Source: Tamlana sp. (GTDB lineage: Bacteria > Bacteroidota > Bacteroidia > Flavobacteriales > Flavobacteriaceae). From it: DNA of 64,000 nucleotides. Numbering within the stretch: position 1 is the first letter of the stretch; each line of letters begins with the position of its first letter. The stretch lies in assembly GCA_049451635.1 (NCBI GenBank), contig JBMTVT010000001.1, forward strand, positions 9,644 through 73,643. Direction: 5' to 3'. The position numbers and the translations under genes are program-made. Shown here piece after piece: positions 1-10,682 of the stretch. The notes beneath the pieces are model-generated. The model was not told where the DNA came from and did no database searches. It was given only the letters and a program-made list of their open reading frames with translations.

Positions 1-1353
1 GCTGCTGTAATGGATATGGCAATCATTCCTATGATTTGTGGTTCTTCTTTCAAAAATAAAGGGGTTCAGTTTTTATTGGATGCTGTTTGTCGTTATTTAC
101 CTTCTCCATTAGATAGAGATAATATTAAAGGTATTAATCCTGAAACAGAAAAAGAGGAAACACGTAAGCCTGATGTTAATGCGCCATTTTCAGCATTAGC
201 ATTTAAAATCGCTACAGACCCATTTGTAGGTCGTTTAGCATTTTTCCGTGCATATTCAGGTCGTTTAGACGCTGGTTCATATATCTTGAACAATCGCTCT
301 GGTAAAAAAGAACGTATTTCTCGTATTTATCAAATGCACTCTAACAAACAGAATGCTATTGATTTTATTGAGGCTGGAGACATTGGTGCTGCTGTAGGGT
401 TTAAAGATATTAAGACTGGGGATACCATGTCTGATGAGAAACACCCAATTGTTTTAGAATCTATGAACTTCCCCGATCCTGTAATTGGTATCGCGGTTGA
501 GCCTAAAACTAAAGCGGATGTTGATAAACTAGGTATGGCTTTATCAAAATTAGCTGAGGAAGATCCAACATTTACTGTTAGAACTGATGAAGCTTCAGGA
601 CAGACTATCATTTCTGGAATGGGTGAACTTCACTTAGATATTATTGTTGATCGTTTACGTCGTGAGTTTAAAGTTGAGGTAAATCAAGGTCAGCCACAAG
701 TTGAGTACAAAGAGGCTATTACACAAAAAGCACAACACAGAGAAGTTTATAAAAAACAATCTGGTGGTCGTGGTAAATTCGCTGATATTGTATTTACTCT
801 TGAGCCTGCTGAAGAAGGAAAAGTAGGGTTAGAGTTTATTTCAGAAATTAAAGGTGGTAACGTTCCTAAAGAATTTATCCCTTCAATTGAGAAAGGATTC
901 AAAATGGCAATGGTTAATGGGCCACTAGCTGGTTATGAAGTTGATGCCATGAAAGTAACCTTATTAGATGGGTCTTACCACGATGTGGATTCTGACCAAT
1001 TATCATTCGAATTAGCTGCAAAACTTGGATTTAAAGCTGCTGCAAAAGCTGCAAAAGCTGTAATCATGGAACCTATAATGAAACTTGAGGTAATTACGCC
1101 TGAAGAAAACATGGGTGATATAGTAGGTGATTTAAATAGAAGAAGAGGTCAAGTTAGCGACATGGGTGATAGAGCTGGTGCAAAAACTGTAAAGGCTACT
1201 GTGCCGTTATCGGAAATGTTTGGTTATGTTACTACATTAAGAACATTGTCATCAGGTCGTGCAACGTCAACAATGGAATTTTCACATTATGCTGAAACAC
1301 CTTCAAACATATCTGAAGAAGTGATTAAAGCAGCTAAAGGTGTTGAAGCTTAA
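1..1353 (+). CDS. fusA: Elongation factor G, C-terminal ~450 aa (5' end lies outside the window)
   Basis: Frame 1 is open from nt 1. The translation is EF-G-like (domains II-V, e.g. [23 protein letters not shown]) and sits directly upstream of rpsJ. Confidence 0.95.
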   Translation, partial: AAVMDMAIIPMICGSSFKNKGVQFLLDAVCRYLPSPLDRDNIKGINPETEKEETRKPDVNAPFSALAFKIATDPFVGRLAFFRAYSGRLDAGSYILNNRSGKKERISRIYQMHSNKQNAIDFIEAGDIGAAVGFKDIKTGDTMSDEKHPIVLESMNFPDPVIGIAVEPKTKADVDKLGMALSKLAEEDPTFTVRTDEASGQTIISGMGELHLDIIVDRLRREFKVEVNQGQPQVEYKEAITQKAQHREVYKKQSGGRGKFADIVFTLEPAEEGKVGLEFISEIKGGNVPKEFIPSIEKGFKMAMVNGPLAGYEVDAMKVTLLDGSYHDVDSDQLSFELAAKLGFKAAAKAAKAVIMEPIMKLEVITPEENMGDIVGDLNRRRGQVSDMGDRAGAKTVKATVPLSEMFGYVTTLRTLSSGRATSTMEFSHYAETPSNISEEVIKAAKGVEA

Positions 1354-1364
1354 AATCTAAGAAA

Positions 1365-1670
1365 ATGAGTCAAAAAATCAGAATAAAATTAAAATCTTAC
1401 GATCACAATTTGGTAGATAAATCTGCTGACAAGATTGTAAAAACGGTAAAAAGCACCGGAGCTGTTGTAACTGGGCCAATTCCATTACCAACACATAAGA
1501 AAATTTTCACCGTTTTACGTTCTCCACACGTAAACAAGAAATCAAGAGAACAATTTCAATTAAGCTCTTACAAGCGTTTACTTGATATTTACTCGTCGTC
1601 ATCAAAAACCATTGATGCGTTAATGAAGCTTGAGTTACCAAGCGGTGTTGAAGTAGAGATTAAAGTTTAA
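1365..1670 (+). CDS. rpsJ: 30S ribosomal protein S10
   Basis: 101 aa, [14 protein letters not shown]...[12 protein letters not shown]. First gene of the S10 cluster order. Confidence 0.97.
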   Translation: MSQKIRIKLKSYDHNLVDKSADKIVKTVKSTGAVVTGPIPLPTHKKIFTVLRSPHVNKKSREQFQLSSYKRLLDIYSSSSKTIDALMKLELPSGVEVEIKV

Positions 1671-1738
1671 TTAATCCCTGCTTGTCAGGTACTAACATGT
1701 CCCACCGATGCGGTCGCGGGAAAAACGGAAAAATACAT

Positions 1739-1775
1739 TTCAGGGACGAAAAGTATTTTGTCCCTGAAATTTTTT
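1739..1775 (+). terminator. Terminator-like hairpin / possible attenuator in the rpsJ-rplC spacer
   Basis: 9-bp stem ttcagggac/gtccctgaa with a 12-nt loop, followed by aTTTTTT. An upstream tccctg (1675-1680) copies the 3' arm and could pair with the 5' arm instead. Confidence 0.5.
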
Positions 1776-1831
1776 AAATAAGAATGTTGAATTAGGTTTC
1801 AACGAATAGTAATAATTAATAAATAATAAAT

Positions 1832-2449
1832 ATGTCTGGGTTAATTGGAAAAAAAATCGGCATGACCAGCATCTTCGATGACAAGGGGAAAAACATCCCA
1901 TGTACTGTAATCGAAGCTGGACCATGTATCGTTACCCAAGTCAGAACTAAAGAAGTTGATGGTTATGAAGCTATCCAACTTGGTTTCGATGACGCGACAG
2001 AAAAAAGCGCTACTAAAGCAGACATTGGTCATGCTAAAAAGGCGGGTACTTCTGTAAAACGTAAAGTTATCGAATTTAAAGGTTTTGATGAGGAGTACAA
2101 ATTAGGAGATGCTATCACTGTTGAACATTTCATCGAAGGTGAATTTGTTGACATTTCAGGTACATCAAAAGGTAAAGGATTCCAAGGTGTTGTAAAACGC
2201 CATGGTTTTGGTGGTGTAGGTCAAGCTACACACGGTCAACATAACCGTTTAAGAGCGCCAGGATCTATTGGGGCTGCTTCTTATCCTGCAAGAGTTTTTA
2301 AAGGCATGAAAATGGCTGGAAGAATGGGTAATGACCAAGTGAAAGTTGAAAATTTAAGAGTTTTGAAAGTAGTTCCTGAAAAGAACTTGCTTGTTGTTAA
2401 GGGATGTGTGCCCGGGCACAAGAATTCTTATGTAATTATCAGAAAGTAA
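1832..2449 (+). CDS. rplC: 50S ribosomal protein L3
   Basis: 205 aa, [16 protein letters not shown]...; conserved order. Confidence 0.97.
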   Translation: MSGLIGKKIGMTSIFDDKGKNIPCTVIEAGPCIVTQVRTKEVDGYEAIQLGFDDATEKSATKADIGHAKKAGTSVKRKVIEFKGFDEEYKLGDAITVEHFIEGEFVDISGTSKGKGFQGVVKRHGFGGVGQATHGQHNRLRAPGSIGAASYPARVFKGMKMAGRMGNDQVKVENLRVLKVVPEKNLLVVKGCVPGHKNSYVIIRK

Positions 2450-3078
2450 TGAAAGTAGCAGTTTTAGATATAAACGGAAAAGATACAGGTAGAAAGGCAG
2501 ACCTTTCTAAAGATGTATTTGCTATTGAGCCTAATAATCACGCAGTATATCTGGATGTTAAACAATATTTAGCAAACCAACGTCAAGGTACTCACAAATC
2601 GAAAGAAAGAGCTGAGATATCTGGAAGTACTCGTAAGATTAAAAAGCAAAAGGGAACTGGTACTGCGAGAGCAGGCAGCATTAAGTCTGGAGTTTTTAAA
2701 GGTGGTGGACGTATGTTTGGTCCAAGACCTAGAAATTACAGCTTCAAGCTTAATAAAAATTTAAAGCGTTTAGCACGTAAATCTGCATTGAGCATTAAAG
2801 CTAGCGAGCAATCAATTGTAGTATTAGAAGACTTTAATTTTGAGTCTCCAAAAACTAAAAATTTCACTGCGGTTTTAAAGGCTTTAGATTTGGAGAATAA
2901 AAAGTCATTGTTTGTGTTGGGTGGGTCAAATAATAATGTATATTTGTCATCGCGTAATTTAAAAGGCTCTGAAGTTATAACTAACTCAGAACTAAACACT
3001 TACAAGATTTTAAACGCAAATCAAGTAGTGCTTTTAGAAGGCGCTCTAGAAGGAATTGAAACAAACTTAAGTAAATAA
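2449..3078 (+). CDS. rplD: 50S ribosomal protein L4
   Basis: Start moved to the ATG at 2449 ([11 protein letters not shown]...), which overlaps the rplC stop as TAATG. The tracked ORF begins upstream inside rplC. Confidence 0.93.
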   Translation: MKVAVLDINGKDTGRKADLSKDVFAIEPNNHAVYLDVKQYLANQRQGTHKSKERAEISGSTRKIKKQKGTGTARAGSIKSGVFKGGGRMFGPRPRNYSFKLNKNLKRLARKSALSIKASEQSIVVLEDFNFESPKTKNFTAVLKALDLENKKSLFVLGGSNNNVYLSSRNLKGSEVITNSELNTYKILNANQVVLLEGALEGIETNLSK

Positions 3079-3085
3079 GAAACAG

Positions 3086-3376
3086 ATGAGTATCTTAATT
3101 AAACCTATGATCACAGAAAAAGCAACAGCTAATAGCGAGTTAAGAAACTGCTATACTTTTGCAGTGAATACAAAGGCGAACAAGGTGGAAATTAAAAAAG
3201 CGGTAGAGGCTGCTTATGGTGTTTCTGTTGAAAAAGTTCGTACTATAAATGTCCGTCCAGATAGAAAAACCCGTTACACAAAAACAGGTATTCAACATGG
3301 TAAAACAAATGCTGTTAAAAAAGCAATTGTACAACTGGCGGAAGGTGAAATGATTGATTTATACAGTAACATGTAA
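3086..3376 (+). CDS. rplW: 50S ribosomal protein L23
   Basis: 96 aa; position between L4 and L2. Confidence 0.95.
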   Translation: MSILIKPMITEKATANSELRNCYTFAVNTKANKVEIKKAVEAAYGVSVEKVRTINVRPDRKTRYTKTGIQHGKTNAVKKAIVQLAEGEMIDLYSNM

Positions 3377-3386
3377 TTAGACAACA

Positions 3387-4214
3387 ATGTCAGTAAGAAA
3401 ATTAAAACCAATCACACCGGGACAGCGATTTAGAGTAGTAAATGGGTATGACGCCATAACTACTGATAAGCCGGAAAAGAGCTTGCTCGTTCCGAATAAA
3501 AAGTCTGGTGGTAGAAATAGTCAAGGAAAAATGACCATGCGCTATATAGGTGGTGGTCATAAAAGAAAGTATCGTATTATCGATTTTAAAAGAGACAAGG
3601 CAGGTATTCCTGCTGAGGTTAAATCGATAGAATACGATCCTAACAGAACAGCTTTTATCGCATTATTGAACTATCAAGATGGTGAAAAAAGGTACATTAT
3701 TGCACAAAATGGGTTACAGGTTGGGCAAAATGTTGTTTCTGGTAAAGAAGGTGTTGCTCCTGAAATTGGAAATGCGATGCCATTAAGTGAAATTCCATTA
3801 GGAACTATTATTTCTTGTGTAGAGTTACGTCCAGGACAGGGAGCAATTATGGCTCGTAGTGCTGGTGCTTTTGCTCAATTAATGGCAAGAGATGGTAAGT
3901 TTGCTACTATAAAATTACCTTCTGGAGAAACAAGACTTATTCTTGTTAACTGTATGGCTACAATTGGAGTAATATCTAATTCCGATCATCAGTTGTTAGT
4001 AGGAGGTAAAGCTGGTAGAACAAGATGGTTAGGAAGAAGACCACGTACCAGACCAGTAGTAATGAACCCTGTTGATCACCCTATGGGAGGTGGTGAGGGT
4101 AAATCATCTGGAGGACACCCTCGTTCTAGAAATGGTATACCAGCTAAAGGATATAGAACTCGTTCTAAAAAGAATGCAAGTAATAAATATATTGTAGAAC
4201 GTAGAAAGAAATAA
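3387..4214 (+). CDS. rplB: 50S ribosomal protein L2
   Basis: 275 aa, ...[13 protein letters not shown]... L2 signature. Confidence 0.97.
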   Translation: MSVRKLKPITPGQRFRVVNGYDAITTDKPEKSLLVPNKKSGGRNSQGKMTMRYIGGGHKRKYRIIDFKRDKAGIPAEVKSIEYDPNRTAFIALLNYQDGEKRYIIAQNGLQVGQNVVSGKEGVAPEIGNAMPLSEIPLGTIISCVELRPGQGAIMARSAGAFAQLMARDGKFATIKLPSGETRLILVNCMATIGVISNSDHQLLVGGKAGRTRWLGRRPRTRPVVMNPVDHPMGGGEGKSSGGHPRSRNGIPAKGYRTRSKKNASNKYIVERRKK

Positions 4215-4217
4215 GAC

Positions 4218-4496
4218 ATGGCAAGATCATTAAAAAAAGGACCTTACGTTCATTATAAATTAGAAAGTAAAGTAGCTGCAAATGTTGAAGCTAACAAAAA
4301 AACAGTTATCAAAACTTGGTCTAGAGCCAGTATGATTACTCCGGATTTTGTTGGACAAACAATAGCAGTACACAATGGCCGTCAATTTGTGCCAGTTTAT
4401 GTAACTGAAAACATGGTAGGTCATAAATTAGGAGAATTTTCACCAACACGTTCATTCCGTGGACATGCAGGTGCTAAAAATAAAGGTAAAAAGTAG
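4218..4496 (+). CDS. rpsS: 30S ribosomal protein S19
   Basis: 92 aa, [11 protein letters not shown]...[11 protein letters not shown]. Confidence 0.97.
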   Translation: MARSLKKGPYVHYKLESKVAANVEANKKTVIKTWSRASMITPDFVGQTIAVHNGRQFVPVYVTENMVGHKLGEFSPTRSFRGHAGAKNKGKK

Positions 4497-4502
4497 TAAG
4501 CT

Positions 4503-4910
4503 ATGGGAAGTCGTAAAAAACAAATGGCAGACGCTATTAAGGAAGCGAAAAAGGAAGTTGCCTTTGCAAAACTTAATAATTGTCCTACATCACCAAGAAA
4601 AATGCGCTTAGTAGCCGATTTAGTAAGAGGTGAAAAGGTGGAAAATGCACTTAATATCTTAAAATTCAACCAAAAAGAAGCATCAGCTCGTTTGGAGAAA
4701 CTGTTATTATCAGCTATCGCAAACTGGCAAGCAAAGAATGAAGATGCTGATTTTGAATCTGCAGAATTATTTGTAAAGGAGATACGAGTTGATGGCGGGT
4801 CTATGTTAAAAAGATTGCGTCCAGCACCTCAAGGTCGTGCACACAGAATTAGAAAACGTTCGAACCATGTAACATTAGTGGTTGGAGCTAACAATAACAC
4901 ACAAGCTTAA
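4503..4910 (+). CDS. rplV: 50S ribosomal protein L22
   Basis: 135 aa; position and sequence ([14 protein letters not shown]). Confidence 0.95.
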   Translation: MGSRKKQMADAIKEAKKEVAFAKLNNCPTSPRKMRLVADLVRGEKVENALNILKFNQKEASARLEKLLLSAIANWQAKNEDADFESAELFVKEIRVDGGSMLKRLRPAPQGRAHRIRKRSNHVTLVVGANNNTQA

Positions 4911-4917
4911 TAAGAGT

Positions 4918-5637
4918 ATGGGACAAAAAACAAATCCAATCGGAAATCGCTTAGGAATTATCAGAGGATGGGAATCTAACTGGTACGGAGGAAACGATTA
5001 TGGCGACAAACTTGCCGAAGACGATAAGATTAGAAAATACGTTCACGCGCGTTTATCTAAGGCTAGTGTAAGTCGAGTAATTATTGAAAGAACTTTAAAA
5101 CTTGTAACCGTTACTATCACTACGGCTCGTCCAGGTATCATTATTGGTAAAGGCGGTCAAGAGGTAGACAAGTTAAAAGAAGAGCTTAAAAAAATTACTG
5201 GAAAAGAAGTTCAGATTAACATCTTTGAAATCAAAAGACCTGAACTAGACGCATTCTTAGTGGCATCAAGTATTGCGCGTCAAATTGAGAACCGTATCTC
5301 TTACCGTCGTGCAATTAAAATGGCTATCGCCGCTACAATGCGAATGAATGCTGAAGGAATTAAAATTCAAATTAGTGGACGTTTAAACGGTGCTGAAATG
5401 GCACGTAGCGAGCACTACAAAGAAGGACGTATTCCTTTATCAACCTTTAGAGCCGATATTGACTATGCTTTAGTTGAAGCACACACTACTTATGGTAGAT
5501 TGGGTGTTAAAGTATGGATCATGAAAGGTGAAGTATATGGTAAAAGAGAACTTTCTCCGCTTGTTGGTTTATCTAAGAAGCAAGGTGGAAAAGGTGGAGC
5601 AGGACGTGGAAACAAAACCCCTCGTCGAAGAAAGTAA
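4918..5637 (+). CDS. rpsC: 30S ribosomal protein S3
   Basis: Start moved to the ATG at 4918 ([13 protein letters not shown]...). The tracked ORF starts inside rplV. Confidence 0.95.
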   Translation: MGQKTNPIGNRLGIIRGWESNWYGGNDYGDKLAEDDKIRKYVHARLSKASVSRVIIERTLKLVTVTITTARPGIIIGKGGQEVDKLKEELKKITGKEVQINIFEIKRPELDAFLVASSIARQIENRISYRRAIKMAIAATMRMNAEGIKIQISGRLNGAEMARSEHYKEGRIPLSTFRADIDYALVEAHTTYGRLGVKVWIMKGEVYGKRELSPLVGLSKKQGGKGGAGRGNKTPRRRK

Positions 5638-5658
5638 TTTTTTATAAAGTAAAGAAAA

Positions 5659-6078
5659 ATGTTACAGCCTAAAAGAACAAAATTTCGTAAGCAACAAAAG
5701 GGACGCATGAAAGGTATTTCCCAAAGAGGAAACCAGCTTTCAAGTGGAACTTTTGGAATAAAAGCATTAGATTCTGTGTTTATCACATCGCGTCAAATAG
5801 AAGCAGCTCGTATTGCCGCCACGCGTTACATGAAAAGAGAAGGACAACTTTGGATTAAAATATTTCCAGATAAGCCTATTACAAAAAAGCCTCTTGAAGT
5901 ACGTATGGGTAAAGGTAAAGGTGCCGTAGAGTATTGGGTAGCTGTTGTAAAACCTGGAAGAGTTTTATTTGAAGTAGGAGGTGTACCACTAGACATCGCA
6001 AAAGAAGCATTACGTTTAGCAGCACAAAAACTACCAGTAAAAACTAAGTTTTTAATCGCTAGAGATTACGAAGCATAA
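5659..6078 (+). CDS. rplP: 50S ribosomal protein L16
   Basis: 139 aa, [16 protein letters not shown]... Confidence 0.97.
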   Translation: MLQPKRTKFRKQQKGRMKGISQRGNQLSSGTFGIKALDSVFITSRQIEAARIAATRYMKREGQLWIKIFPDKPITKKPLEVRMGKGKGAVEYWVAVVKPGRVLFEVGGVPLDIAKEALRLAAQKLPVKTKFLIARDYEA

Positions 6079-6091
6079 TTTATTTGATATT

Positions 6092-6283
6092 ATGAAACAA
6101 TCAGAAATTAAAGAATTATCTGTAGCTGAGTTACAAGAGAAGCTTAGTGAAACTAAAAAGAGTTATTCAGACCTTAAATTGGCTCATGCAATATCTCCTT
6201 TAGAAAATCCAATTCAACTACGTGCCATTAGACGTACCGTAGCTAGAATTGCGACTGAATTAACTAAAAGAGATTCACAATAA
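6092..6283 (+). CDS. rpmC: 50S ribosomal protein L29
   Basis: 63 aa; position after L16. Confidence 0.93.
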   Translation: MKQSEIKELSVAELQEKLSETKKSYSDLKLAHAISPLENPIQLRAIRRTVARIATELTKRDSQ

Positions 6284-6295
6284 TTCTGCTTAAAG

Positions 6296-6553
6296 ATGGA
6301 AACAAGAAATTTAAGAAAAGAACGTATAGGAGTTGTTACAAGTAACAAGATGCAGAAATCTATTGTGGTTTCTGAGGTGAAAAAAGTAAAACACCCTATG
6401 TATGGTAAGTTCGTGTTAAAAACAAAAAAATATGTTGCACACGACGAAAAAAATGACTGCAACGAAGGAGATACTGTAAGAATCATGGAAACAAGACCTT
6501 TAAGTAAATCTAAATGTTGGAGATTAGTTGAAATAATTGAAAGAGCGAAATAA
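6296..6553 (+). CDS. rpsQ: 30S ribosomal protein S17
   Basis: 85 aa; position and sequence. Confidence 0.95.
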   Translation: METRNLRKERIGVVTSNKMQKSIVVSEVKKVKHPMYGKFVLKTKKYVAHDEKNDCNEGDTVRIMETRPLSKSKCWRLVEIIERAK

Positions 6554-6555
6554 TT

Positions 6556-6924
6556 ATGGTACAGCAAGAATCAAGATTAAAAGTAGCAGATAACACTGGA
6601 GCAAAAGAAGTATTAACTATACGTGTTCTAGGTGGTACTAAAAGAAGATACGCTTCTGTTGGAGACAAAATTGTAGTTTCTGTAAAAGATGCAACACCTA
6701 ATGGAAACATAAAAAAAGGTGCCGTATCTACAGCAGTTGTAGTGCGTACTGTAAAAGAAGTAAGAAGACCAGACGGATCATATATTAGATTTGATGATAA
6801 TGCTTGTGTTTTATTGAACCCAGCAGGTGAGATGAGAGGAACACGTGTATTTGGTCCTGTTGCTAGAGAACTTCGTGATAAACAATTCATGAAAATTGTA
6901 TCATTAGCACCAGAAGTGCTTTAA
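6556..6924 (+). CDS. rplN: 50S ribosomal protein L14
   Basis: 122 aa, [18 protein letters not shown]... Confidence 0.97.
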   Translation: MVQQESRLKVADNTGAKEVLTIRVLGGTKRRYASVGDKIVVSVKDATPNGNIKKGAVSTAVVVRTVKEVRRPDGSYIRFDDNACVLLNPAGEMRGTRVFGPVARELRDKQFMKIVSLAPEVL

Positions 6925-6936
6925 TACATTATTAAG

Positions 6937-7248
6937 ATGACAAAGCTTAAAATAAAAACTGGAGATACCGTAAAAGTAATTGCTGGAGACCACAAAGGAT
7001 CTGAAGGTAAAGTACAAAAGGTATTAATAGATAAGAACAAAGCCATCGTTGAGGGTGTGAACTTGGTTAAGAAGCATGCAAAACCAAGTGCACAAAATCC
7101 ACAAGGAGGCATTGTAGAGAAAGAAGCACCAATTCATATTTCTAACTTATCGTTGTTAACTTCAAAAGGAGAAACAACTCGAGTTGGTTACAGAATGGAA
7201 GGTGATAAAAAAGTAAGATTTTCAACAAAATCTAATGAAGTAATATAG
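6937..7248 (+). CDS. rplX: 50S ribosomal protein L24
   Basis: 103 aa with a KOW-like motif; position. Confidence 0.95.
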   Translation: MTKLKIKTGDTVKVIAGDHKGSEGKVQKVLIDKNKAIVEGVNLVKKHAKPSAQNPQGGIVEKEAPIHISNLSLLTSKGETTRVGYRMEGDKKVRFSTKSNEVI

Positions 7249-7250
7249 TT

Positions 7251-7802
7251 ATGGCATATTCACCAAGACTTAAAGAAGAGTATAAAAGCAGAGTAATTGC
7301 AGCTCTTACAGACGAATTTGGATATAAAAATGTAATGCAAGTTCCTAAACTGCAAAAGATAGTAATATCTAAAGGAGTTGGAGCAGCCGTTGCAGACAAA
7401 AAGTTAATAGACTACGCTGTAGAAGAATTAACAACTATATCCGGGCAAAAAGCCGTAGCAACAATTTCTAAAAAAGACGTTGCATCATTCAAACTACGTA
7501 AAGGTATGCCAATTGGTGTAAAAGTGACTTTACGTGGCGAAAGAATGTACGAATTTTTAGATCGTTTAGTAACTTCTGCCTTACCTCGAGTAAGAGATTT
7601 TAACGGTATAAAAGCTACAGGATTTGATGGCCGTGGTAATTACAATTTAGGAGTTACAGAGCAAATCATTTTCCCAGAAATCAATATTGATAAAGTGAAC
7701 AAAATTTCTGGAATGGATATTACATTTGTAACCACAGCTGAAACTGATAAAGAAGCAAAATCATTATTAACTGAATTAGGGTTACCTTTTAAAAAGAACT
7801 AA
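7251..7802 (+). CDS. rplE: 50S ribosomal protein L5
   Basis: 183 aa; position and sequence. Confidence 0.96.
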   Translation: MAYSPRLKEEYKSRVIAALTDEFGYKNVMQVPKLQKIVISKGVGAAVADKKLIDYAVEELTTISGQKAVATISKKDVASFKLRKGMPIGVKVTLRGERMYEFLDRLVTSALPRVRDFNGIKATGFDGRGNYNLGVTEQIIFPEINIDKVNKISGMDITFVTTAETDKEAKSLLTELGLPFKKN

Positions 7803-7805
7803 GAT

Positions 7806-8075
7806 ATGGCTAAAGAATCAATGAAAGCCCGTGAGGTAAAAAGAGCTAAAACAGTAGCAAAGTATGCTGAAAAGCGTAAAGCTTTAAAAGAAGCTGGCGA
7901 TTATGAAGCATTACAAAAGTTGCCTAAAAATGCTTCTCCAATTCGTCAACATAACAGATGTAAACTAACAGGTAGACCAAAAGGATACATGAGAACTTTT
8001 GGTATTTCTCGAGTGACATTTAGAGAAATGGCTAACCAAGGTTTAATACCAGGTGTTAGAAAAGCAAGTTGGTAA
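7806..8075 (+). CDS. rpsN: 30S ribosomal protein S14 (long, 89-aa form)
   Basis: ...[24 protein letters not shown]...W. Confidence 0.95.
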   Translation: MAKESMKAREVKRAKTVAKYAEKRKALKEAGDYEALQKLPKNASPIRQHNRCKLTGRPKGYMRTFGISRVTFREMANQGLIPGVRKASW

Positions 8076-8090
8076 AAAAGAATTATAAAT

Positions 8091-8131
8091 TGGTTTTAGG
8101 TTCAAAAGGAAATAGTTCCGTTTGAAAACCA
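8091..8131 (+). promoter_or_regulatory. Composite hairpin in the 75-nt rpsN-rpsH spacer (candidate r-protein leader)
   Basis: Three nested helices: tggtt/aacca, ttcaaa/tttgaa, ggaa/ttcc. This spacer is unusually long for a cluster whose other gaps are 2-20 nt. Confidence 0.35.
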
Positions 8132-8150
8132 TTACCGCAAATTAATAAAT

Positions 8151-8549
8151 ATGTATACAGATCCAATAGCGGATTATCTTACTAGAATTAGAAATGCAGT
8201 GCGTGCTAACCACAGAGTGGTTGAGATACCTGCATCTAATTTAAAGAAAGACATAACTAAAATATTATTCGAACAAGGATATATTTTAAGTTATAAGTTT
8301 GATGATTCAACCGTACAAGGAACAATTAAAATTGCCCTTAAGTACAACAAAGAAACAAAAGAACCAGTAATTAAGAAACTTCAAAGAATTAGTACACCAG
8401 GTTTACGTAAGTATGCTGGAGCTAATGAATTACCTAGAATCCTTAATGGCCTTGGTGTTGCTATCGTTTCTACTTCTCACGGAGTTATGACGGGTAAACA
8501 AGCTAAAAGAGAGAATGTAGGTGGCGAAGTTTTATGTTACGTTTACTAA
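8151..8549 (+). CDS. rpsH: 30S ribosomal protein S8
   Basis: 132 aa, MYTDPIADYLTRIRNA... Confidence 0.97.
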   Translation: MYTDPIADYLTRIRNAVRANHRVVEIPASNLKKDITKILFEQGYILSYKFDDSTVQGTIKIALKYNKETKEPVIKKLQRISTPGLRKYAGANELPRILNGLGVAIVSTSHGVMTGKQAKRENVGGEVLCYVY

Positions 8550-8567
8550 TTTAAAAACCTAAAAGAA

Positions 8568-9110
8568 ATGTCAAGAATAGGAAATAATCCAGTAGCCATT
8601 CCAGAAGGTGTAACAGTAGACGTTAAAGATAACGTACTAACTGTAAAAGGAAAATTAGGAGAACTAACACAAGAATTTGATACTGTTGAAATAAAGATTG
8701 AAGAAGGTAATGTAGTTGTTACCCGTTCTGCTGATACTAAAGATCAAAAAGCTAAACACGGTTTATATAGAGCTTTAGTAAATAACATGATTGCAGGTGT
8801 ATCTAAAGGATGGACTAAACAGTTAGAATTGGTAGGTGTAGGTTACAGAGCATCAAACCAAGGACAAAAATTAGATTTAGCCTTAGGGTTTTCCCATAAT
8901 ATTATTTTAGATATAGCTCCAGAAGTAAATGTGGAAACAGTGTCAGAAAAAGGTAAGAACCCAATTGTAAAACTAACGTCTTTCGATAAACAACTTGTTG
9001 GTCAAGTAGCAGCAAAAATCCGTGGTTTTAGAAAACCAGAACCTTATAAAGGGAAAGGAATCAAGTTTGTTGGTGAACAAATAAGAAGAAAAGCAGGTAA
9101 ATCAGCTTAA
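8568..9110 (+). CDS. rplF: 50S ribosomal protein L6
   Basis: 180 aa, [15 protein letters not shown]... Confidence 0.96.
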   Translation: MSRIGNNPVAIPEGVTVDVKDNVLTVKGKLGELTQEFDTVEIKIEEGNVVVTRSADTKDQKAKHGLYRALVNNMIAGVSKGWTKQLELVGVGYRASNQGQKLDLALGFSHNIILDIAPEVNVETVSEKGKNPIVKLTSFDKQLVGQVAAKIRGFRKPEPYKGKGIKFVGEQIRRKAGKSA

Positions 9111-9120
9111 TAAATTAGTT

Positions 9121-9477
9121 ATGGCATTAACAAAGAATCAAAGAAGATTAAGGATAAAAAGCAGAATCCGTAAGATAGTTTCTGGAACAGAAGCTAGACC
9201 TAGATTAACTGTTTTTAGAAGCAATAAAGAAATTTATGCTCAAATAGTTGATGATGTAACTGGTAAAACAATCAGTGCATCATCTTCAAGAGATAAAGAT
9301 ATTAGTTCTGCTAAAGCTACTAAAATTGAAGTTGCCGCATTAGTTGGTAAAGCAATTGCAGAAAAAGCTTTAAAAGCTGGTATTGAAACCATTGCTTTTG
9401 ATAGAGGTGGATATTTATATCATGGTAGAGTAAAATCATTAGCAGACGGAGCTAGAGAAGCAGGACTAAAATTTTAA
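9121..9477 (+). CDS. rplR: 50S ribosomal protein L18
   Basis: 118 aa; position and sequence. Confidence 0.95.
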   Translation: MALTKNQRRLRIKSRIRKIVSGTEARPRLTVFRSNKEIYAQIVDDVTGKTISASSSRDKDISSAKATKIEVAALVGKAIAEKALKAGIETIAFDRGGYLYHGRVKSLADGAREAGLKF

Positions 9478-9483
9478 GAAATT

Positions 9484-10008
9484 ATGTTTCAAAAATATAA
9501 AAGTGCAGAATTAGTAAAACCAGGTGGATTAGATCTTAAAGATCGTTTAGTTGGTGTACAAAGAGTTACCAAAGTAACTAAAGGTGGTAGAGCATTTGGT
9601 TTTTCAGCAATCGTTGTGGTTGGTGATGAAGCAGGTGTTGTAGGACAAGGGTTAGGGAAATCTAAAGACGTGGCAAGTGCCATTGCGAAAGCCGTTGAAG
9701 ATGCCAAGAAAAACCTAGTAAGAATTCCTATTATAAAAGGAACATTACCACATGAGCAAAAAGGAAAATACGGCGGTGCTAGAGTGAATATTATTCCTGC
9801 TGCTCCTGGTACAGGTGTAATTGCAGGTGGTGCAGTAAGAACTGTATTAGAGGCTGTCGGGGTACACGATGTATTGTCAAAATCTCAAGGATCATCAAAT
9901 CCACACAACGTAGTAAAAGCAACTTTTGATGCGTTATTACAATTAAGAGATGCTAATACGATAGCTAGAGATAGAGGTATTTCACTTGAACAAGTTTTTA
10001 ACGCTTAA
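9484..10008 (+). CDS. rpsE: 30S ribosomal protein S5
   Basis: 174 aa, ...[21 protein letters not shown]... Confidence 0.96.
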   Translation: MFQKYKSAELVKPGGLDLKDRLVGVQRVTKVTKGGRAFGFSAIVVVGDEAGVVGQGLGKSKDVASAIAKAVEDAKKNLVRIPIIKGTLPHEQKGKYGGARVNIIPAAPGTGVIAGGAVRTVLEAVGVHDVLSKSQGSSNPHNVVKATFDALLQLRDANTIARDRGISLEQVFNA

Positions 10009-10019
10009 TACAGACAGAA

Positions 10020-10199
10020 ATGGCAAAAATTAAAGTAACAAAAGTTAAAAGCGCAATCAACCGTACACAAAGACAAAAAAGAATTTTAGAATCTTTAGGT
10101 CTTAAAAAGATTGGTCAAGTAAAAGAGCACGAAGCTACACCAAATATACTTGGTATGGTTGCTAAAGTTTCACATTTAGTTTCTGTTGAAGAAGCTTAA
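10020..10199 (+). CDS. rpmD: 50S ribosomal protein L30 (59 aa; below the ORF-track length cutoff)
   Basis: Hand translation gives MAKIKVTKVKSAINRTQRQKRILESLGLKKIGQVKEHEATPNILGMVAKVSHLVSVEEA*. It fills the S5-L15 gap exactly. Confidence 0.9.
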   Translation: MAKIKVTKVKSAINRTQRQKRILESLGLKKIGQVKEHEATPNILGMVAKVSHLVSVEEA

Positions 10200-10214
10200 A
10201 AATATAAACTGAAA

Positions 10215-10667
10215 ATGGATTTAAGTAATTTAAAACCTGCAGAAGGGTCAGTAAAAAACCAAGGCAAAAGAATAGGTAGAGGTCAAGGTTCTGGGAAAGG
10301 TGGTACCGCTACACGTGGTCACAAAGGAGCTAAGTCACGTTCTGGATATTCTAAGAAAGTTGGGTTTGAAGGAGGACAGATGCCACTTCAAAGACGTGTG
10401 CCAAAATTTGGTTTCACAAATGTTAATCGTGTTGAATATCAAGGTATCAACTTAGATACTTTACAACAATTGGTTGATGATAAGAAAATTAAAGATACAG
10501 TAGATTTTGAAATATTATTTGCAAACCGTTTAGCTGGGAAAAATGACCTAGTAAAAATAATGGGACGTGGTGAATTAAAAACAAAATTAAAAGTGTCTGC
10601 ACACAAGTTTACCGCTTCAGCAAAAGCTGCTATTGAAGCTGCTGGTGGAGAAGCTGTAACTTTATAA
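10215..10667 (+). CDS. rplO: 50S ribosomal protein L15
   Basis: 150 aa; position and sequence. Confidence 0.95.
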   Translation: MDLSNLKPAEGSVKNQGKRIGRGQGSGKGGTATRGHKGAKSRSGYSKKVGFEGGQMPLQRRVPKFGFTNVNRVEYQGINLDTLQQLVDDKKIKDTVDFEILFANRLAGKNDLVKIMGRGELKTKLKVSAHKFTASAKAAIEAAGGEAVTL

Positions 10668-10682
10668 GACGTTATTGTAAGT

